DNA of 64,000 nucleotides, taken from the NCBI RefSeq assembly GCF_026210795.1, contig NC_089432.1, positions 2,356,001 to 2,420,000 of the forward strand, given 5' to 3'. The notes beneath the pieces were generated by a model, which did not search any database, was not told the DNA's origin, and saw only the letters and a list, made by a program, of their open reading frames with translations. Below are positions 57,661 through 64,000 of the stretch, one piece after another; the first letter of the stretch is position 1; each line of letters opens with the position of its first letter. The translations under genes were made by a program, and so were the position numbers. Source of the stretch: Rhizophagus irregularis (Eukaryota).

Positions 57661-60600
57661 AAATGTTTTATTTAAAATATTTATTTTATTATTACTATTA
57701 TAGCTATTTTTTCTTACATTTTTAGATTGTTATTACTACTTGCTAATTATTTTATAATAAAATAAATTCATCCTAATAAATTTGTTATTTTTCATTATAA
57801 TTAAATTTTAAAATTGTAAATTGTATTTATTGATCTTTTTTGTATAAAATACTCGCTTGGTAAAAAATTTTTTTTAGTTAATCTTTGAGTTACTTGTACT
57901 TGTTATTAACTAAAATGTCATAGTGGCTGAGTGGCTGGCGGTGAGAATATTACGTTTAATTTATACTATTTAATTATTAGGAAGTAAAAATAAATAGAAA
58001 AATTATATAATAGTAGATAGATATTTTTGTAAAGAATTTTTTAGTTTTTTTTTCCAAAAACTATTTCGAAATAAGTAATAATAAAATTTTAAAAAATAAA
58101 CGACTTTAAAATTGAGCACCATCACGTTATTTTTTTTTTTATAAGTTTAATTTTGATAAATTTAATAAAATAAGTATAAATTTTATTTTATGTAGTTTTT
58201 AGTAATATCTCAAACATAAATTACTTTTGAAAATAAAAATTTCCAGTTTGTGGCTTATTTTACGGGTATGCGCATATTTTATTTTACAGATATAAAAATT
58301 TGCAAAAAAGACAAGTATCGTACTACGTAGTATAGAATATTTGTACGACAATATTGAACTTGAAAAAAAGTTTAACATTAACAATATTTTCTAATATTTA
58401 TTTCTATTTTACATTGAGAGTATATTCCAATAATGTATATGCAAAACTCAAATCTATAAAATATACTGCAAACTTGCTAATCTTTTAACCGTGATACTGT
58501 TATCAGTTATACTGACACTATCAATATCGATATTATAATACTAAAGTAAGTTAAATCACTTTAATTATACAATAAAAAGAAAAAAAAAGAAGTAAATGTT
58601 TTAACCAATATAAGAATTAATCACGCACAATGATTTCAAGAAAATTGCACCTCTTGACTATGGTCGTCTATATTTGCACATTATAAAATTAACTCAAACC
58701 GCTCTATTGAATAAGCGTAAAATAGCTGGAGATTCGTATGGTATGCGGTAAGCTTTACCTGGCAGTAAAATGGGCAGAACATCAACGATTATAAAATCTA
58801 GATTACCGTATACAGTAAATTTCAATAAGTATATTTTTTGGTAATAACTTTATAATTAAATTTTGTGAACATTAATTAATGGAATTTAAAACAAAGAAAA
58901 ATATTCTTTCGTCCTATTTAAAATATTACGTGAGTGTTCTTTCTTAATATGTCGTAATTTTTAGTTTTCTACAAAAAAAACATTTTTTTAATCAAAATAA
59001 GAAAATTATCTTTTTCATGCTTTTGAAAAATACATTAGATTAACGTCAAATAATGTGTCACGACTGTCATGACATGTAATCTTATGTAAAACACTGTTAT
59101 CTATTAAAATATAATACATACATTTGCGTTCAATAAATGTTACATAAATTTGGAATGTCCGTTTAATTATACCTTTATTTTAAATTTAGTCATGTAATTA
59201 ACTATTTTCTAGTAAAATAAAACGCTAGAAGGAAAATTAGCAAAGCACATAGAATTAATTGTTCTAGTTTATAGAAATTTATGATTATAAGCATATTACA
59301 GTATTATTCAAATATCTAATACATTATATGATTATAAAATTTTAATATTTCAATTATTTCATGCATTTAATCCTAAAAATTATTTTAGTTTGTTAAGAAT
59401 TGTCTAGCATTGTAATCATTTATCGTTCAAAATGTCGTCAACCAGCAGTAAAGTTACTAAATTTGGAAAGGCTACTAGATTAATAAAAATAGATAAAATT
59501 TGACAGGAGCAACAAAAGGCATTACAACTTCGACATCAATGATAATTTCGTAAGCCCATCACGTGTCAATGATATACCAAAAATGAGAAGAGAACGAGAC
59601 TAAAGTTTCATTTAGATAAATTTGGCTACGTGACAAAATTGCGTATAAAAAATAATTTCAATACCAATCGGAATGGCTGACATTAGACTAACTCCGACAG
59701 TTTCGTTTATTGGTTTTCTGACTCGATGAAACTTTTACAAGTCCGGAAAAGATATGCTTGGCAACTTACCAACGAAATAAAGAAATTAATTTTATTATTG
59801 TATATGTTAAAAAAATATAAAAGTTTTTTGGCAAAATTATTAGGATTTAATAATAAGGATAAACAAATTTTAATTATATATTTTAAAAATGATGTATCCA
59901 TTGGAAAAGAATGAAAGAATTTTTGATGGCCTACAAGTAAAATCTCCAGATGAACTTTTTTTGATAAGGAAGGTATTATAATTTTTTTAAAAAAAATCAA
60001 ATTTCAAGGTTTCACTAACAAACGTACTATCTTTCAAGTTCTAAGGACAGTAGGGTTATTTCATCAAAAAAGGATATAGATACAAGTCTGAACCAAGGTA
60101 TGAGGGAAGACATTTTTGTTAATAATACTGGGAGTTGTTTCAGCGTCTTTGGACATGGGCACGAAGGAATGTGAGAAGAAAGGGAAATAGGTTTGAAGAT
60201 GCTTTTGCGTGTTTAAAAAGGATATAATGATGGAATAATTAAAATAGCAATACTATTTTTAGTTATATGAATCATTAGGGTGTACCATCAAATAATTAAA
60301 CCAAAATATACGAAATTATTTTTTCTAGAAAAATACTCGTCAAATAATAGGTCTGCTGCTCTAACTCGCTCTGCATCAAATTGTCTGGCATCTTGTGAAA
60401 TTATATTTGTATTATTTTTCAAATCTAACCCCTACAATGGTTGTTTTCTTAGTTTTGATTGTTGTAATTTCTTGATTCATATTTGGAATGCATTTTCCCA
60501 TGAAAAAATCAGAAATCTCGGAAACTCGATAAATCATGTATTATTGATTTTTATGCAATACCAAAAGACTAAAAAAATACACAATAACTTAAAGAATAAC

Positions 60601-60777
60601 GCAATACCTCGATTTGTTTTAAAAAACAAGTAAAGAAAAAAGTTTTATTATTAAGGATTAACTAAGAAGGCTGGTTCTGAGCGCGGATGACCTTCTTTGA
60701 AAAAAACAAAGATGTTACACAAAAAAGACAGCTATTTTGGATATTCTTGGAGAATTTGAAACGTAAATAGTGGGAAT

Positions 60778-63700
60778 CCCTATAAAAAAATCGGATACGT
60801 TTTTTATAAAGTTTTTATACGATTTTTTTTCCTTAGAAATAACGTATCATGAAAGGATACGGGAAAATGCACAATTCCGTATCACAATAAATATGGTTTG
60901 GATACGGAATTTACACGGGATTCGTATGGAATTTACATGATTTGATCACTGAGTTTATCATGAAATTTATACGATTTGTTACTGAATTTACCATTATATT
61001 ACAGTTTATTATAGTTGTATTTACATAAATTTAATTCTACTTTATTAAATTAAATATAAATTAAAAATTAAACAAATACAAATATATTAAATACATTATT
61101 AAAATTCCCTTCCTTATCAAAACCACCTATTGCAACCCAAATTATCTATAATATGTTCAGGTTCATTCAGAGTCAAAAAACCTAAAAAGAAAAAAGAAAC
61201 ATGAGAATGTTTAACTTAACCGGAAACCAAAACACCCTCATATAGTATCTGCAATCGTCCAAGTCACCAAGGGTTAGTATTCCTACAAAAAAGAAAAAGA
61301 ACTCCAAAATGTCTGACCTACATAAAAGAAAAGAATCATAAAACGTCTGATGAAAAGAAACCAAAACAACTTACAAGAAAAAAATCCAGAATCTGAACCA
61401 AACTTACAAAGAAAAAAGAAAATTTGAACTGACCTAAAAAAGAAAAAAAAATCCTGTACCATCCTACAAAAAGAAAAGGACTCCCAAACTAATTTACAAA
61501 AAAAGAAAAAAAGAAACTTTCAAAAAAAATCTGTTGGCCTATGAAAAAAAAGAGATAATATAAATAAAAAAGAAAGGGTAGTGAGTAGGGAATAAAAGAA
61601 CAAATCAAAAAAATATTTTTCTTTAAAAAGAGGGGTGACGAAGTTAGGAAAGTTAAAAAAAGGGAGGATGTCAAAGTTAGAAAAATAAAAAATTTTTTAT
61701 AAAGAATAGAAAGAAAATTTTTTTTTTTAAAAAAAAAGGAAAGAGTGGTGAGTGGGGAATAAAAAATAAAGTCAAAAAAAAAATTTTTTTAAAGGAGTGA
61801 CGAAAAAAAATTTTTTTTTTAAAGGAGAGTGATGAAAAAAAATTTTTTAAAGGAGTTGATGAAAAAAAAAATCTCTTTTTAAAGGGAGGTGACGAAGAAA
61901 GAAGAAAGAAAAATTTTTTAAAATAAAAAAAAAAAAAACAAAATAACAAAAGACAAAAGAAAGGAAAGACAAAAAGGAAGATCAAAGTAATTGTTAAGGG
62001 TTTATATAAAAAACAAAAAAACGTATTATAACAAAACAATAAACAATCACGTGATCACGTGTTATGATACGGGATGATTGTAAAATTATTTTCTAAAATA
62101 TTATCGCCATTTTCAAAATTATGCGATTTTCAAAATAATCAAAAAAAAAAATTCGAATTTGAATTTTGTGTAACATTGTGATCTTATGCATCAAATTTAA
62201 AGATTAAAAATATATCGCGTAAAAAATTTTATAGCGTCACGTAAAAATGTCTTCTATTTCACCAAGAAACTACCAAATTGGAGTTTGTTTTACATGCCAA
62301 TTGTGTATGTATTGTGGTTTAGACTTAACATCAAATAACTGTAATTGTGATAAATCCATCAAACCAACCAAAAAAAATCGTACTAAAGAAGTAGCAAATT
62401 TTCGAAACTTAACTTACAAGCCAGCCATAGTACATGAAAAAATAAAAAACACTTTATCAAATAGCAATCAAAAATATGGATATAAGCTGGATATAGAACT
62501 GCCGTATAACTGTACACTTTGTTCAGCATGTAATAGTCAAATTAACAGAAATGTTAAAGCAGCTGACAAAGAAAAAAAAAATATTATAGTTATTCCTTCT
62601 TCACCAACGGATGGTACTTCTCTACCTTCTACACCATTACAAATGGAATTTAAATTGCGCATGTCTATCAAACAAAATAAACAAGTGTTGCCTTTCGTAA
62701 TAATTAGTTTTACTTTAGATAATCCAAATTTTATTAATTTTAGAGACAAACTTGAATCATATATTTGTGAACAAGTTGGACTAGTTTATAGAAATGAATA
62801 TACTTTAGCATATAAATCACATTCAGAAAGTGGAGCTGGAACACTTTTAGGTAATGAAGAAGCATTTGATGAATTTCTAAAGGATTATCAAAGTATAGTA
62901 GCGGGAAATAAGAAAGTAGTAATTATTGTTATACTTAGAGAATTATCAAAAAAACGTTCACATGAGGTATTTATTTTGAAAATAATTATTTGTATATATT
63001 AATTATTCAATTAAATTTTTAATAATATTATAGAATGAAGTTTCAGAACAGGAATCTAATGATGAATCAGAAAATGAAGCTTATCAAAATACCAAATCTA
63101 AAAAACAATTAAAAAAACATATCAAAAAACGTATACCTAAAGAAGCTACTTTAAATGAAAATGAAGCATTAGTTGGATCATATGTGATGAAATTAAATGA
63201 TAAGTATATTTGTGAGATTCAGAATCACAAACGTTGTTTTATTAAAGAAGATCGTCATTTATCTTTAACAAATTTTGCAATTAGTTTATGGGCCAAAGAA
63301 ATTGTGTGTATTTAGTATTGGAATTATCATTATAAATACATTTTTAATAACATTAAATTCGTTTATTATAGGTAAACAAAAATGCAGATTTGGATACTCC
63401 TCCTAATCATGCTATATTTAGTATGATGCATTCAGTAAAGGTAACTAGAAAAGATTCTTCTAATATTGATAATTATCCTCAATCAATGACAGCATATCCT
63501 CAATATTCTCAACAAATGTATTTTCTGTCGCCATTTTCATATAATTATCCTGATTGTGATTATAATATTCAAAGCAGAACTTCAATTTCGCAAATATCAG
63601 ATCATAGCACATCAGTTAATTCACAAATATCAGATCATAGTTCAATAAAAAAAATAGTGCCGAATATGGAAGATTTTCTACAAAATTTGGATCAAGAATT

Positions 63701-64000
63701 TGGTGATGGTAAATTTACTTGTTATCTATCTATTTTTGAAGAACAAGAAATTCTTGTTAATCAACTTGCAAGATTATCAGATTCTGAATATATTTTAATG
63801 GATGTAACAATTATTGGACGTAGGCAAATTTTACGTGATGAAGCAAAAAAATATGAATGATTTTTTGTATATATTTTGTTATAAACTTATAATATAATTT
63901 GATTAATTTCTAATAAATAAAGTTAGCAATATTATAAATAATATATTCTTAATATTTTAATTTGTAATTCTAATAATTATAAACATTATTTACAAAAAAT
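60778..64000. mobile_element. Probable left part of another CCC-terminated EnSpm-like element
   Basis: Starts CCCTATAAAAAA like 36751, followed by ATACG subterminal repeats; other end not in window. Confidence 0.5.
62247..63860 (+). CDS. Cys-rich protein with C-terminal SAM-like domain, 3 exons (62247-62966, 63034-63303, 63372-63860), ~492 aa; probable transposon accessory gene
   Basis: CFTCQLCMYC...CNC, CTLCSAC; FLQNL...YLSIFEEQEI...LARLSDSEY...IGRR; phase-0 GT-AG introns keep the frame. Confidence 0.78.

Overview
AT-rich, intron-containing eukaryotic DNA made almost entirely of nested mobile elements. A tyrosine-kinase-like/Sel1-repeat gene and the TE families suggest an arbuscular mycorrhizal fungus (Rhizophagus-like; inferred). 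Left to right: (1) The 3' part of a Ty3/Gypsy LTR retrotransposon (1-7945). Its RNase H is split by a Zator-type DNA transposon that itself carries a hAT MITE, and it has an unusual dNMP-kinase-like ORF joined to its integrase. (2) A young, GC-richer, intronless Maverick/Polinton-like element (~7965-31190, 452-bp TIRs, ~15 kb without its nested LINE). It encodes a chromodomain integrase, an A32-like packaging ATPase, a compact pPolB, an SF3 helicase and F-box, IQ and 2-cysteine-adaptor-like ORFs. No jelly-roll capsid or adenain is recognisable; instead it carries a retroelement-type Gag plus aspartic protease cassette with a -1 slippery site, and a shared upstream motif (TGAAGA) precedes at least six genes. 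(3) A full-length LINE inserted in that element with a 14-bp TSD. (4) An apparently intact hAT transposon. (5) A ~15-kb CACTA-like shell holding further nested elements and three arrays of hairpin-structured ~100-nt introns separated by micro-exons. (6) MITEs, solo LTRs, the kinase-Sel1 host gene and the start of another CACTA-like element. All family assignments come from motifs read by eye; no searches were run.
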